From Hyaloraphidium curvatum SAG 235-1 (lineage: Eukaryota > Fungi > Monoblepharomycota), in assembly GCA_025558095.1 (NCBI GenBank), contig JAIVFI010000034.1, forward strand, positions 124,001-188,000: DNA of 64,000 nucleotides. The letters run 5' to 3'. Positions 23,302 to 35,780 of this stretch are shown in pieces. How positions within the stretch are numbered: position 1 is the first letter of the stretch; every line of letters begins with the position of its first letter. The notes beneath the pieces were generated by a model. That model was given only the letters and a program-made list of their open reading frames with translations. It was not told where the DNA came from and searched no databases. A program made the translations under genes and the position numbers.

Positions 23302-24801
23302 ATGGGAAGCGGGCGCCGCCTGCGGGGCGGCCCGCGGACCCTCTATTTTGGGCTCGGGCCCGCTCTCATCCTGGTCGCCGCCCTGCTGTGCCTCGGCGGC
23401 ACCGCGCAGGCGGCCAGCAAGATCAAGAGCTTCTTCAACGACGTCGGCGACAAGGTCAAGGGTGGGCTGAAGGACGCCGGCGACGCGGTCAAGGGGGGCC
23501 TGAAGGAGGCCAAGGAGGGCCTCGAGAACTTGGGCGACCGCATCGAGAGCGGCGCTCGCCAGGCCAAAGAGTACGCAAAGGCGGTGCGCGACTGCGCCCG
23601 CAAGCGCGGCGACGGCCAGATCGACCAGTGCGGTTGGGACGGCAAGCGCTACCGCAACCGGGCCTGCATGGTCGCCGCACGCGTGGGCAGGGTCAAGGAC
23701 GGCGCGTGTCCAAACTTCGACTGGAAGCTGCCGACAGCGCCGCCGGGGAAATCGAACTGGGCCAGCGACTACTACCCGCGGGTGTCGCTCAAATTCAGCC
23801 CCCTCTTTCCCCTCAAGGCGCCGTACACGTTCCGGCCCATGCCCGAATGTTCGCGGTACGCCTACGCGGATGCCCTCAACAATCCGGCGGCGTTCGACCA
23901 AGGAAAGGGCATCCGATCCAACGAGAACACCTATATGATGCTGCAGCTCGCCACCAGCGCGTACTGGCCGCTGCGTGACGAGCCACTCCGCGCATGGTGG
24001 ACCTGCCTCGGTGCGCGCGAGGTGGAACTCGTCATGACGCAGAATGAGAACGAGGTCGTCCTCCTACGCACCGATTCGACCGTCATTGTGGTGTTCCAGG
24101 GCTCGATGTTCGGGGAGTCTATCATCTCCAAGGACTGGGTCAGCAACTTCGACATGGCTCTTGTTTCCGCCAGGTTCTTCGGGTCGCGAAAGGCCCGCAT
24201 CCACGAAGGCTTCGGCGACGCTGTCAGGGACGTCGTGGAGAAAGGCGGCATCGTTCCCAAGCTCGAAACCATGTGCTCCACCCTGGAAGCCGGCCCCGCC
24301 GACTGCCCGATCATGGTCGGCGGACACTCCCGGGGTGCGGCGCTCGCGCAGCTCTTTGCCGCGTACCTCGTTCGAGCGGGATGGAAGGGGATCGCTGGGG
24401 TTTTTTCCTTTGGCGGCCCCAAGCCCGGCGACGCTGCCTTCCGGAGCCACTACGACCGCACCCTCCGCCTAGCGGACAGATCGCTGCGCGTCTACTTCAA
24501 GCGTGACGCGGTCTCGGCCACCCCGCCGCTCGGGGATTTTGACCACGTTGGCACGCCCTTTGCCGCCGAGACCTGCCTTCGGGGAGAGCCAGAAGCGGAC
24601 CGAGATTTCGGCAACCCGCTGGACCACTTCCCGCACAGGTCGCTGCTGTCGCTCTGGGCTGTGTGCCCGACCACGCCCGGGGGTCTGGACACCAAGGCGG
24701 TGCCGCCCCCGCCGTACCCCGAGGGAGCGTCGGGAATGGGAGCGCGGACAAACAAGAAGGACGTGGCGTTCGGGCTCGCGGGGCAGGTGATCGGAAGATA
24801 G
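23302..24801 (+). CDS. Secreted class-3 lipase with an amphipathic 11-mer region and a Kazal-like module; intronless
   Basis: Hydrophobic leader; VVFQGS, IHEGF, GHSRG nucleophile elbow, FGGPKPGD, DAV, DH; CGWDGKRYRNRAC...GAC. Confidence 0.82.
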   Translation: MGSGRRLRGGPRTLYFGLGPALILVAALLCLGGTAQAASKIKSFFNDVGDKVKGGLKDAGDAVKGGLKEAKEGLENLGDRIESGARQAKEYAKAVRDCARKRGDGQIDQCGWDGKRYRNRACMVAARVGRVKDGACPNFDWKLPTAPPGKSNWASDYYPRVSLKFSPLFPLKAPYTFRPMPECSRYAYADALNNPAAFDQGKGIRSNENTYMMLQLATSAYWPLRDEPLRAWWTCLGAREVELVMTQNENEVVLLRTDSTVIVVFQGSMFGESIISKDWVSNFDMALVSARFFGSRKARIHEGFGDAVRDVVEKGGIVPKLETMCSTLEAGPADCPIMVGGHSRGAALAQLFAAYLVRAGWKGIAGVFSFGGPKPGDAAFRSHYDRTLRLADRSLRVYFKRDAVSATPPLGDFDHVGTPFAAETCLRGEPEADRDFGNPLDHFPHRSLLSLWAVCPTTPGGLDTKAVPPPPYPEGASGMGARTNKKDVAFGLAGQVIGR

Positions 24802-24936
24802 TGAGATCCGCGCTGCGGATGATTGTAGTTTTCTTTGTCGTTCTATATATCGCGATTTCGCAGCCTCGCGATCGGCCGGCCGTAGTTGGCGCCGGGGCCG
24901 CCTCGCGGGCGGTGGCGAGTGCTTTCTCAGTTCAAG

Positions 24937-26785
24937 ATGGCCTCTCCCGCGGTCCTCCCGACCGAATCCTCGGCGCCAGCGCCATCCCCGCCCTCCGCAC
25001 CTTCCGTTCTCCCCGATGCGGCCCCGGCCGTCGGCAGAGACACCCTCTCGCGGCCGACAGACCCCGTGGGAGACGCCGAGACTGTCGCGGTCGAGGACGA
25101 CACGCCGGAGGGCCGGGGACAGGGCGACGCCGGAACCGAGATGAAGATGAAGGAGGCGGGACAGGGTGCGGGCGGGGACGCGGAAGTGGGCGTCGACACC
25201 AAGGAGGTGGAGCCGGGGAAGCCGGGCACCGAGGGTCAACCTCCCGACGGGGGATACGTGGGTTCCAGTTTGGTCTACGGCCTGTTCCAAAAGCTAAACT
25301 ATTTTCTTTCGTCTGTCGCGCTCCTGGTCTTTTCGGCCCCCTCCCCGCTTCCTCCTCCCGCAGGGCTGGGTCGTCGTGTGCTGCAGCTTTCTCATCCAGG
25401 CCTTCACCCTCGGATTGCAAACGAGTTGGGGTCCCTTCCAGCGCTATTTCACCGCCTCCGGGACCTTCGGGACAACGTCGAATGTGCAGATTGCCTTTGT
25501 CTCGTCGATCGCGACCGCCGTGACCTTTCTCTTTGGGCCTTTGATGGGCGCGCTGGCGGAGCGCGTAGGATTCCGGATCGTCGCGGCCTCGGGATCCGTT
25601 ATCATCCTCATCGGCATCATGCTCGCGAGCATTTGCACCGCCGTGTGGCAGCTGTACCTGACCTACGGCCTCATCGGGGGAATTGGTGCGGCCGCCAGCT
25701 ACATCCCGGCGGTGGGATCCGTGCCCACCTGGTTCCGCAAGAGACTTGGCCTTGCTATCGGCCTGTCGGTCGCTGGTGGTGGAATCGGTGCTCTGATCCT
25801 CAATCCGGTGGCCCAAGCGCTACTGGACAAAGTGGGGTGGGCATGGACGTTCCGGATCCTCGGCTTCATCGCATCTGGGGTCGGGCTCGTCGGTGCGGCG
25901 TTCTTGAAGACATTTGGCACGCCGCCACGCAGGCCTGGTGGGCTCAAGAACATGCTGGATTTCCAGAGGTTCAAGGACTTTACGTTCGCGAGGCTTTTTG
26001 GCGTCGCCTTCTTCTCGGGCATGGGGTGGGTCCGCGTTCTGCCTTCCCGCCATCCTTCCACACTGATCTGCGGCTCAAAATAAGCTACTTCGTGCCTTTT
26101 GCCTACTTAGTTCCGTACGCTGGAACGATTGGCATCAGCGCCTCGGATGCTTCCGTGATCTCCGGGCTCACCAACGGGTTCGGTGCAATCGGCCGGATTG
26201 TCATGGGGTATGGCACCCGACTCGTTCAAACTCTTCGCGCACCTCACCAGCATCTCATTTTGTCAGATTCTTTGCCGACCGCGCGGGATCCATGAATACC
26301 TGGGTCGCCATGTTCTATACTGCTGCGCTCTCCATCCTGGTGGTGTGGACGAACGCCAAGAGCTACGGAGTCCTCCTGTTCTTCGGTCTGCTCTGGGGTT
26401 TCGCGGCCGGCGCGTACGTGAGCCTCTACGGCATGAACACGGCAATTATCTGGGGCCCGCAGGGACAGGTTCGTGGGGACCCTGGCAGCGCCCAGCGCTC
26501 TTGCTGATTCCCCTCGCTCATCCCATCCAGGCCAGCCTCCTCGGCCTCCTCTACACCGGCCTCATCCCGGGCGCGCTCGTTGGTCCCGTGATAGCTGGCG
26601 CCATCGTCGACGCCTCGGCGACAGTCGCTCCCGACGGGACGATGATCTACAACTACATTGGGCTGCAGTTGTACAGCGGATTTTGTGTGTTGACTGCCGC
26701 GACGGTACTGTTCTGGATCAGGCTCGAGTTCGGGGCCAAGAAGGGCGGGCAGGGTGTGTGGAAGGGGCTGTGGATGCGAATGTGA
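24937..26785 (+). CDS. MFS monocarboxylate-type transporter, paralog of 14511-16443; spliced
   Basis: GWVVVCCSF, GALAERVGFR, WFRKRLGLAIG; its C-terminus EFGAKKGGQGVWKGLWMRM matches the first copy. Confidence 0.88.
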
Positions 26786-27003
26786 TGGATGGCGGGTGCG
26801 TGCAAGACAGGAGCATCCGATGGCACAGAATCTGATGCAATCGATGAAGTTGCCTTTGCGCCCCGAAGCAATCGGAAGAGTCCGGAACGAGTCTCAGGAG
26901 TACCTCTCAGACCAGCACAGCACGTTCCGAGCCAAAGGGCGCTCGTCCCGCCCATTCTATCTGCCAGTCACTGCCAACCCGCGCTCCATCACATCTCGCT
27001 GTC

Positions 27004-27921
27004 ATGCCGTCTGATTTTCGTGACCTCCAGGCCGGCGACCACATCTCCGTGCCGTTTGACCAGTCGCCTCTCGTGCGGCACCACCTCATCTACTGCGGCA
27101 ACGACCGGGTCGTACACTACCGCAGGGAGGGCATCGTCGAGCAGAGTTTCTCCGGGTACCTGGCTTCGCGGTCCGAGGTGGGCACAGGCCCTCGCCGATG
27201 CGTTTTCGGAGCCTTGACCGACGGCGTTCCTCCTGCCCAGTTTGCGCGCGGACTGCTGGTCCATCCCCATCCGGACCGCAAGTACTCCCGCACGCAGACC
27301 GTTGCTCGGGCTCGCAGCCGCATCGGCGAAAGCAAGTACGATCTGCTGACCAACAACTGCGAGCACTTTTGCAACTGGGCTGTCGACGGCGTCGCCATCT
27401 CCTACCAGGTCAACAAAGGAACCGCCAACGCTGTACCGACTCCCGTTGTCGGGGCTGCGGGGATGGCGACCATGACGGCGGCGGGCGCCGGCGCCTTTAC
27501 GGCCGCCACAGGCGGCGCGGGAATGATGTCGACTCTCGCCACCGTCGGGGGCGCCGTGGGCGGAGGCGCAGTTGCAGGCCTCGGGATTCTGGGCGGCGCG
27601 GGCGGGGGAATTGGTGCTTTCGTCGCCAACAGCACCATATTTGCGGATTCGCCCGAGGACTCCCAGGAAGAACGGAACCGCAAGGAGGCCGGGCGCGTTG
27701 GAAGCACCGTCGGTGCCGTGGCAGGAACCGCGGCGTCGCTGGTTGCTGTCAGTGCTGCCGCTGCCGCCGGTACCGCCGGAGGAGCCGCGCTGACCAGCGG
27801 TTTGGCCGGGATCGGGGCCGTGGTGGGGGGAGGAATGGCAGTTGGGGCAGCCACCGTCATGGCGGCCCCTGCCGTCATTGCCCTCGGTGTTGGGGCGCTG
27901 TTCTACTCCATCTTCGACTGA
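27004..27921 (+). CDS. LRAT/HRASLS-family (permuted NlpC/P60) acyltransferase/phospholipase with a Gly/Ala-rich hydrophobic C-terminus; intronless
   Basis: HHLIYCGNDRVVHY (His boxes) and YDLLTNNCEHF (catalytic Cys); GxxxG-rich tail. Confidence 0.87.
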   Translation: MPSDFRDLQAGDHISVPFDQSPLVRHHLIYCGNDRVVHYRREGIVEQSFSGYLASRSEVGTGPRRCVFGALTDGVPPAQFARGLLVHPHPDRKYSRTQTVARARSRIGESKYDLLTNNCEHFCNWAVDGVAISYQVNKGTANAVPTPVVGAAGMATMTAAGAGAFTAATGGAGMMSTLATVGGAVGGGAVAGLGILGGAGGGIGAFVANSTIFADSPEDSQEERNRKEAGRVGSTVGAVAGTAASLVAVSAAAAAGTAGGAALTSGLAGIGAVVGGGMAVGAATVMAAPAVIALGVGALFYSIFD

Positions 27922-28188
27922 AGTGGTCCTCGCGTCCCGTGCGCCCCAAGCACCTATTGTAAAGCACCTTCAATGCTCGCTTGCGAACTGTAAAGCAACA
28001 CGTCGTGAACAACAGCTGCAACACTTCATTTCATCTCGTCGGAAGCGCTTGGGTCCGAAGTTCCTGTGCCTTTCGTCATCGAGTGGACTTGGCGGCGGAG
28101 GGCCGACGATGACTCGAAAATGTGACTCCTCTTCCAAATCCACCAAACACTCACACCGCGCTGCTCCAACGAGCTCCTGGCACTCCAA

Positions 28189-29534
28189 ATGGCCACCAAC
28201 ACTTCTGTTATATTTGTTTCTCGGCCTGTCGGCGCTCCCGTCCCCTCGGAGACCTTCTCGGTCCTCGTTGGGCCCATTCCCCGGCCTGAAGTCCCGGGAG
28301 ACGTTCTGCTCCGGACCATGTACCTCTCTCTGGATCCTGCCATGGTCTGTCCCCGCGCGAAGTGCCTATTGCAAGCACTAACCCCCGGGGGCAGAGAGGC
28401 TGGATGCGCGACGACGCCATCTCGTACACTCGCCCCATTGGTGCGACCCGGTCCTCCCTCCAATTCGACAACGCGCCTCACTCTTGCCCCCAGAGATCGG
28501 AGAGTTGATGCGTGGCGCATCACTCGCCGAGGTCGTCGAGTCGCTCGATCCCAACTACGCCCCTGGAGACATAGTGGTGGCGCCGACCGGCTGGACCGAA
28601 TGGGCCGTGCTCAACACCTCCAGGATCAAGGACCATCCGCTTGGGAGTTTCTGGTCTCTGCTGCCCCGGGAGCTGCCTCCAGGAATCAAGCCCATTGACT
28701 ACGTCTCCATCCTGGGGCTGACGGGTCTTACCGCCGCGGTTGGAATCTTCGAATGCGGCAAGGCCCGCGACGGAGCGCTAGGCAAGGAAAGCACCGTAGT
28801 GGTCTCGGCGGCTGCCGGTGCGACCGGAATGGTAGCCGCTCAAATCTACAAGCACGTGCTCGGGTGCAGGGTGGTGGGGATCGCAGGTGGGAAGGGTAAG
28901 TTGTGTGGTGAAACGCCGTTGCGGATGGAACTAAAGCTTCAGTACAGCCAAGTGCAATTTTCTGATCGATGACCTGGGTCTGGACGCTGCGGTGGACTAC
29001 AAGTCGCCCAGCTTCAAGAAGGAGCTTGCAGCTGCCTGTTCGAAAGGAGTGGATGAGTACTACGACGTGAGTTCTGCGCACTCTGCAGTTTGTGCTCCAA
29101 ATTGACTCCTTCGGGCACCAAAGAACGTCAGTGGGCCTGTGACCGAAGCTGTCTTCGAGAACATGGCTCTCGGATGCCGGGTGATCGCCGGCGGAGGGAT
29201 CAGCAACTGTTCGTGGAATCTGGTCGACGCAGGGTCGCGCGTCTGATTGCCGATTTCCACTACAGACAACGACGAGTCCAAAGGAACCGGGCCCGCAAAC
29301 TACCGCCTCATCAGCATAAAGATGGCAACCGTGCGAGGTTTCATCGTTCTCTACTTTGCCAGTAAGCTGCCCGAGTACCAGCGCAAGCTCATTGGCTGGA
29401 TCGGCGAGGGCAAGATCAAGAACAAGTGCACTGTCGTGCCGGGCATGGACAAGGCACCCGAGACGTTCATGCGTCTCTTCGAGGGCGGAAACGTGGGGAA
29501 GCTGCTCGTCGGCGTTGGCAGCGGGATGGAGTGA
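28189..29534 (+). CDS. NADP-dependent alkenal/2-enoyl reductase (PTGR/LTB4DH/CurA-like MDR); spliced
   Basis: YLSLDPAM, LGLTGLTA, VVSAAAGATG, VVGIAGG, YYD.NV, LFEGGNVGKLLV. Confidence 0.88.
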
Positions 29535-29714
29535 CCATTGTCAATGCTGATGTGGTGATCGAGGAGTACTAGCAATTCATACTCCTATCTTTGTCGAGAG
29601 GAAAGCGCCGATGGAAGGCGCTCGTTCGCGAGGGGGAACGGTCACCCCCAAACTCACTCACGCTCCCGATTCGCGTCCCACTCCAAAATCTTGCTCGGGA
29701 CCCTTCGCTCAACG

Positions 29715-31065
29715 ATGGAAGGCACCAACGGTGACGGTGGACACCCGGCGAACGGCGACGCGTTCGCGGTCGCGCCCCCTGTGACCGCGAGGCCCGCCGA
29801 GCCTCCCGCCGCCCTCGAGCTCTCGGCAGCGAATGGTTTGGACCCGCAGAGCCACGGAACCACCAAGACCGGCTCCGCGTCCGTCGTGGCGCCCGTTGCG
29901 CAGCCCGCACCGAGCCAACCCGCCCAACCGACGCTGCTGCGCTCTGCCGCGGACCTAGTCATCGATTCGCTCCGGGCCGAGAACGCGTCGCTGCGTAGGG
30001 AGATGGACAACCTCAGGGCTTCCATGACGAGGAATGTGGTGTTCCCGGTTGCTCTCGAAGACTTGGACGTGTGAGTGAATTGGTCTTCGGAAACCGACGC
30101 GCGGGGGCTTCTCGCTGACCGGCTCTCCGATTCGTAGCACCAAGCGTGCGGTCGTCGAAGCCTTCTTGACTGGCTTCCTGGCCTCCATCCCGACCAAGCT
30201 TCCGCAGCCCGGTGCTCCCGCGCTCTCGGCCCCGCTGTCGCAGGAGCCCCTTTACGGCCAGTCTGGACTGGTCGCCTCGGGGGTGCCTGCATCGCTCGGT
30301 GGCCAGAGCTCGCAGGGGATACCGGCTTTGACTTTGAACGGCTCCGCAGTCCCTCCTCCGATCGACACCTCGGCCGCAACCGTGCTCGGCAAGCACCCGC
30401 GATCCGCGCCGTCTGGGGACGTCGAGATGACGGCCGAAGAGATGGAAGCCCTTGGCCCCGACTCGAAGCGCGCCGCCAAGATCTCCATCTCTGCGTCGGT
30501 CTCCTCGATGTCGAGCACGGAAGCAGCCCGGTTCGCGCTCCAGCACATCAAGCAGATCTTCTCCTCGGGGATGGGGGCCGCGGCCTTCAACAACGCAACG
30601 GAGCACGAGGAGTTCAAGCGCACCGGCATCCTTCCTTTCGCCGCCCCCGTCCGCTGGGGAACTATGTGTGCCATGACCTCTTCGTCGCACAACCGCTACA
30701 AGCGCATCATGTCGATCACGGGAGCCAAGGCGTGGCTCGCGCAGGCGTGCCGCGACTTCGGTGCCGAGGAAGGCGTCGAGATCGTCGGGCCGTGGAAAAA
30801 TATCGAGCACCTGCGCATCAAGGGCGTCAGAACGGGCGAGCTCCCCGAGTCGCTGCAGAACGAAACCCCGAAGAAGGGCCCGAAGACGCTGGAGCAGATC
30901 ATGGCGACCCAACGCGAGGTCGAGAAGCTGTTCGAGGAGGCTGAAGAGGAGCCGCCGATCGAGCGGAGGTCGAGCACGGCCGATCGGAGCAGCGCCCCCG
31001 CTGGAGCCAATCCCGGTGCGCCCGAGGCCGCCACGCAGCGTGGTCTTGGACTGTCGGGGTTGTAG
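29715..31065 (+). CDS. Hypothetical protein, 2 exons (intron 30071-30138), with a short coiled coil
   Basis: A GTGAGT...TAG intron joins ORFs 29691 and 30166 in frame; SLRAENASLRREMDNLR coiled coil. Confidence 0.6.
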
Positions 31066-31168
31066 GCTTTGGCGACATGTCTTCTTTTGGGTGTGATAGG
31101 TCTTCGCGGAGTCGGAGCTCGAGTCAATGCGCTTTCTTTCCAAGATCTTTTCTGTGACATAGATAGCT

Positions 31169-33733
31169 CTAACCTTCGACGAGGTCCTCGCTGCGGTCGG
31201 TCGGCACCAGGTGCGTCTCTAGCACATCCTTCGTGTCCGCCTCCACGGTGTAGGCATCCACGACCATGATCGGCCCCTTGGAAAACTCGAGCTTGATGTA
31301 GCGCTTGTCCTCCGCGGTGCCAGCCGCCTTCTCCACCGCGGCCTCCTTGATCGCGTCGTCGAGGATCTTGCTGGCCTGCTTCAGGTTCCGCACCTCGGTG
31401 CCGTTTATCTTTGTCAGGCGCAGGTTCGCCAGGCCCTCGTACCCGACGTTGGTGTCGTGCGCCAGCAGCTGCGCGCACAGCACCACCTCCTCGTCCGCGT
31501 ACTTCTTGGGCGCCGAAGTCCACAGCGCGAGCAGGTCGATGGGCGTGCTCTCGGAGCTTTCGCCCATGCCCGAGCCGAACTCGGAACTCAGGTAGGCTTC
31601 CGTCATGACCGTCAGCACCACGCCGCCGACGATCCGGTACGAGGGGAGCTTCAGGTCCCAGCGGCCTTTCCGCTCCCGCGATCCCTCGGGCGGAACGAGT
31701 AGCTGCGGCGCGGTCAGCGTGACCTTTTCCTTGCGGGTCCCGGTGGCCTTGTTGAACAGCGTCAACGTCAGGGTGTCGCCGACGAGCTTCTGGGTCACGA
31801 GGAAGTCGGCGCCGATCCGCTCGGCGTATCCAAGGTTGGGCGCGGAAACCTCGACGGCAGACGCCTCCGTCGGCGGCTCCTCGTCCCGGTCCTCCCCTTC
31901 CCCATCCTCGCCGTCGTCGAGGAAACGGAGCTTCTTCCCGCCCTTTTTCTCCTCCACCTCGACCACCAGGGGCTTTACTTTCCCGTGCGCGTCGAAGCGC
32001 TTCCGCGCCAGAGTGTCCATCAGCTTGCCGCGGCCAAACTCTGGAACGGGGTCCTTGGGCGAATCCACGTCTTCCCATTGCGATGGATCGTCGTCGCCGC
32101 CTCCCTCCGAATCGTCCGCTCCGTCATCCTCGCCCTCGGCTTCCATGCCCTCGGCACCGTCCCCCTCGACCGGCACCATCTGAAGGTCTTTCGACACTGC
32201 GACGTCGCCAAACTCGGCCACGGGGAGGTTCTTGATGTCCTCCTCGTCGTCCTCCTCCTCCTCCTCGTCGTCCACGAACTGCTCCTCCTCACCGACCACG
32301 AGCTCGCTCGGGAACTCGACCGTCATGTCGTCCCCCACGCTCCACCCGTCGATCTCGGTCAGCACGTCGCCCTCTTTCACGGCGTCCTTGCACGGGCTCA
32401 GGTCCTCGATCTTGATCACGAGCACCCCCGACACCCCGGCGGGCACGCCTAGGTACTTCTTGAGCGTCGGGTTCTCGAGCGACTGGGTGTCCAACATGAG
32501 GCTCGGGAACCCGGTGTACCTGCCGCCGTGGCGCGCGAGGTCCTCGAGGAAGTGGTGGATCACCGGCAGCGGGATTATATAGCCGACGCCCTCGGCCTGG
32601 GTCAGGGACTGGAAGGCGATGCCGACGAAGCGGCGCAGCGAGTCGAAGACGGGGCCGCCGCTGTTGCCGGGGTTGATGGGGGCGTCGACCTGGATCGCGA
32701 GGAGGTCGTGGATGCCGTTCGCGTATTCCTGAGGGACGCAATGAGGCATCAGAAACGGTCAGGACGGCCAACGCGCGGGAGCCCACCTGCATGTCAATCC
32801 GGGACACGACCCCACTGGTGACGCTCAGGTTCTCGCCGCCGACGGGGTAGCCAACGACGCTGACGCGTTCCTCGAGCTTGGGCAGCTTCCTCCGGCCCCC
32901 GATGTCGATGAAGCGGCTCGAGTGGGCCCAGAAGGCCGGCTCCGTCACGGTCAGCAGTGCAATGTCGCAATCGCGCCCGATGGCGATGACCTGGGCGAGG
33001 TACTTGGTGGCCGAGCCGCGGCGGCGAACGCGGACTTGGGTCCTGGACGGTGCGGGATGAGATGGGGCAAATTATCGCGCCAAGTGTGAACACGTACCAG
33101 TTCTCGACCGAGTGCGCGTTGGTCAGGATCCTTTCCTTGCTGATGATGAAGCCGGTAGACGTGGAATTCCTGGGGACCGAGTAGCGGCCCGATTAGCCGG
33201 GAGAACAGGGAGAAGTCGGAAAATGAGCCCACATGGACCGTCGCATGGACCACGGTCGACCATAGTCAGGGAAAGTGTGGGTGGTAAAGACCTGGAGGCG
33301 CGAAGTCGTGGTTAGCATGTCACCAGAGTGGGAGACAGAGGATCAAGGCAAAAGGATCAGGAGAGGACCAACGAGAGCTCCCGGTCCCTCCGCAGGACGC
33401 GTAACACACCTTAACAATCGCGGGCATCACGTCGGAGAGGTCCGTCGCGGCCTCAAAGTCCCCGCCGCCCGCCATGGACTCAAGCAGCTGGGCCAGGGTG
33501 TCGTCCCGCAGTGTTTTGGACGGCGACATGGCCGTGAAGCTGCCCGCCTTCTTCCGCGAGCCCTTGATGGCGTCTTTCGGAGGCTTCGCCTGCACCGTGT
33601 GCAGCAGCGGCCTCGCCGTGGAGCCGACGACGCGGACGGGCGAGCCCGGCGCGGGCGGCGGCTGAGCGGGCAGCACCGTCACCGGCGGCCCCGCTGGCGG
33701 TTCCGAGGTGATGCTGCCGGCGTCGGACGCCAT
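31169..33733 (-). CDS. Deg/HtrA serine protease of the plant Deg2/Deg9-like type (trypsin plus PDZ domains); spliced
   Basis: Catalytic triad in LTNAHSV (His), CDIALL (Asp) and INPGNSGGP (Ser); SVTSGVVSRI; PDZ region EGDVLTEIDG. Confidence 0.9.
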
Positions 33734-33917
33734 CTCTGAGGCGCAATGGGTCGCGATGCGCGGTGCACGACGCGTTTTCTAGAAGGCGGCAGGTCCCTCG
33801 AAAGCAGACAATCCTTTCACCCTTGCCAGCGCCGAACCGGTACGCCGATTCTCCCGAAGTTGACTCCCACGCAAGTTCTAGGCGCGTTCTCTGCGAAGAG
33901 TCAACAGCGCAGCGAAG

Positions 33918-35437
33918 ATGGCTTCCTCCGCGAGCGCTCCGCGCCCCTTCCGCATCGTCATCGAGCCCGAGGCCGTCGACGACCTGCTCGCCCGTCTCAA
34001 CAACACGCGGTTCCCCCCCGATGAGCCTCAGCTGGACGAGCCGTGGGGCATGGGCGTCCCAGTTCGCGTGGGAAGGGAATGGGTCGAGGAGTGGAAGAAG
34101 TTCGACTTCAAGGGAATGGAGAGGGAGCTGAACGCTGTGGACGGTTTCGTCGTGGACTTGGTGAGTCTTCGAGCCGCGGAAGGACCGGAAGTAGGCCACG
34201 GAAGATTGAAAAGGAAAGAGCCGCGTCGCTTTTGGCGAGGACCGTGGCTCTGGTCGATCAGACGCGCGTGAAACCGGAGCCGCACAGTTGACAGGTGCCT
34301 CCCCCAGCCTTCCCTGCCCCACACCCACTTCTTCCACGCCAAATCATCCAGCCCCAACGCCAAGCCCCTGCTCCTGTGCCACGGCTGGCCCCAGACGTCG
34401 ATCGAGTTCCTGGACATCATACCGCAGCTCACGGACCCTTCGTCGGCGCAGCCGTTCCACGTCGTGCTTCCCTCGATTCCCGGGTATTTTTTGTCAAAAA
34501 CGCCGCAGAAACAGGGCGTGGGGATCGACACAATCGCACGAGGCTGGAACGTGCTGATGACGGAGGCGCTCGGATACGACAAGTACCTCGTCCATGGCGG
34601 AGACATGGGCTCGGTGGGCGATTCTCGGCGTCTCCCCTTCTAATGCAACATGTTCATCTATTGCTTCGCAGTTCATCGCTAGGCGACTCGGGCAAGTGGC
34701 CAAGGACCACGTGGTTGGCGCTCACGTCAGTTCTATCGACGCATCCGCGTTCGTCTTCCATCAACTAAGCTGTCGCAATGCAGATCACGCTACCCATCTT
34801 CCCGCCGCCGAAACCTACCCAGCACCCGCTCGCCTTCCTCCGCCTGATTCTGTCGCAGATCCTTCCCGCCGGCTGGATCTACTCGGAGGTGGAGACAGCC
34901 GAAATGGCTAAGCTCATCCGCTTTGCAGGCCACAACATGGCCTACCTCGAGGTCCAAAAGACCAAGCCCCAGACCCTGGGCCACTCGCTCGCCGATTCGC
35001 CCGTGGGCCTGCTCGTGTGGCACCTCTGCATCTTCCACAACTGGGGGGAGGTCCCGGCCGGCGGGGACCTGCCCCCGCACATCCCGAGGAAGGAGATCCT
35101 GCGCGAGGTGACGGCGACCTGGCTGACCAACACCGGTGCCACGTCGGCGCGGATGTACTGGGAAGGCTTCGGGCTCAGCAGGGCGCCGCCGGGGGAGGTC
35201 TGGGACATCCTGGCGCAGAGGACGGAGGTGCCGGTCGGGGTGGCGTGGTTCATCCACGAGCCGTCCAAGTCGCCCAAGGAGTGGGCGAAGCTCTATGCCG
35301 ACGTGGTGCACTGGACCGTGATCGGGAGCGGGGGGCACTTTGCCGGCATGGAGAACCCGACGGCGCTGGTCGCGGACATTGTCGCGTTCGAGGCGGTCAA
35401 GGAGGTACGCAAGCGGTGGGGGAAGGGGAAGCTTTGA
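33918..35437 (+). CDS. Epoxide hydrolase (EHN plus alpha/beta hydrolase); spliced
   Basis: PFRIVI...LLARLNNTRFP, CHGWP, HGGDMGS, KPQTLGHSLADSPVGL, GGHFA. Confidence 0.9.
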
Positions 35438-35780
35438 CGGTCGGCCTACAGTGTATCAATGCAAATTCGAAATCATGCAGTCAGCGGTCTGAGCACAGGC
35501 TAAAGTTTGTCGGGCCACAGCATGGAGTGTGGGCCTCCTTCTTCCACGCACGATAACTTCGGACTGATTTGGCGCCTTCTGGGACGGCGATCGGGACGAA
35601 GATGAGTTACGAATGTGAATTTCGGTTAGTCATGGGTCTTGGGTATGATCGCGGATTGGCGGGACGGGGATTGGGGCTTCGGAGGCTGCCATCCGGCCTT
35701 GCAGATCCATCCAGGACCACCACACCGGCCCTCCCCCGAATCGGAGCTGGCCGCCTCGGCTGCATCCGCGGCCAGGAGTC

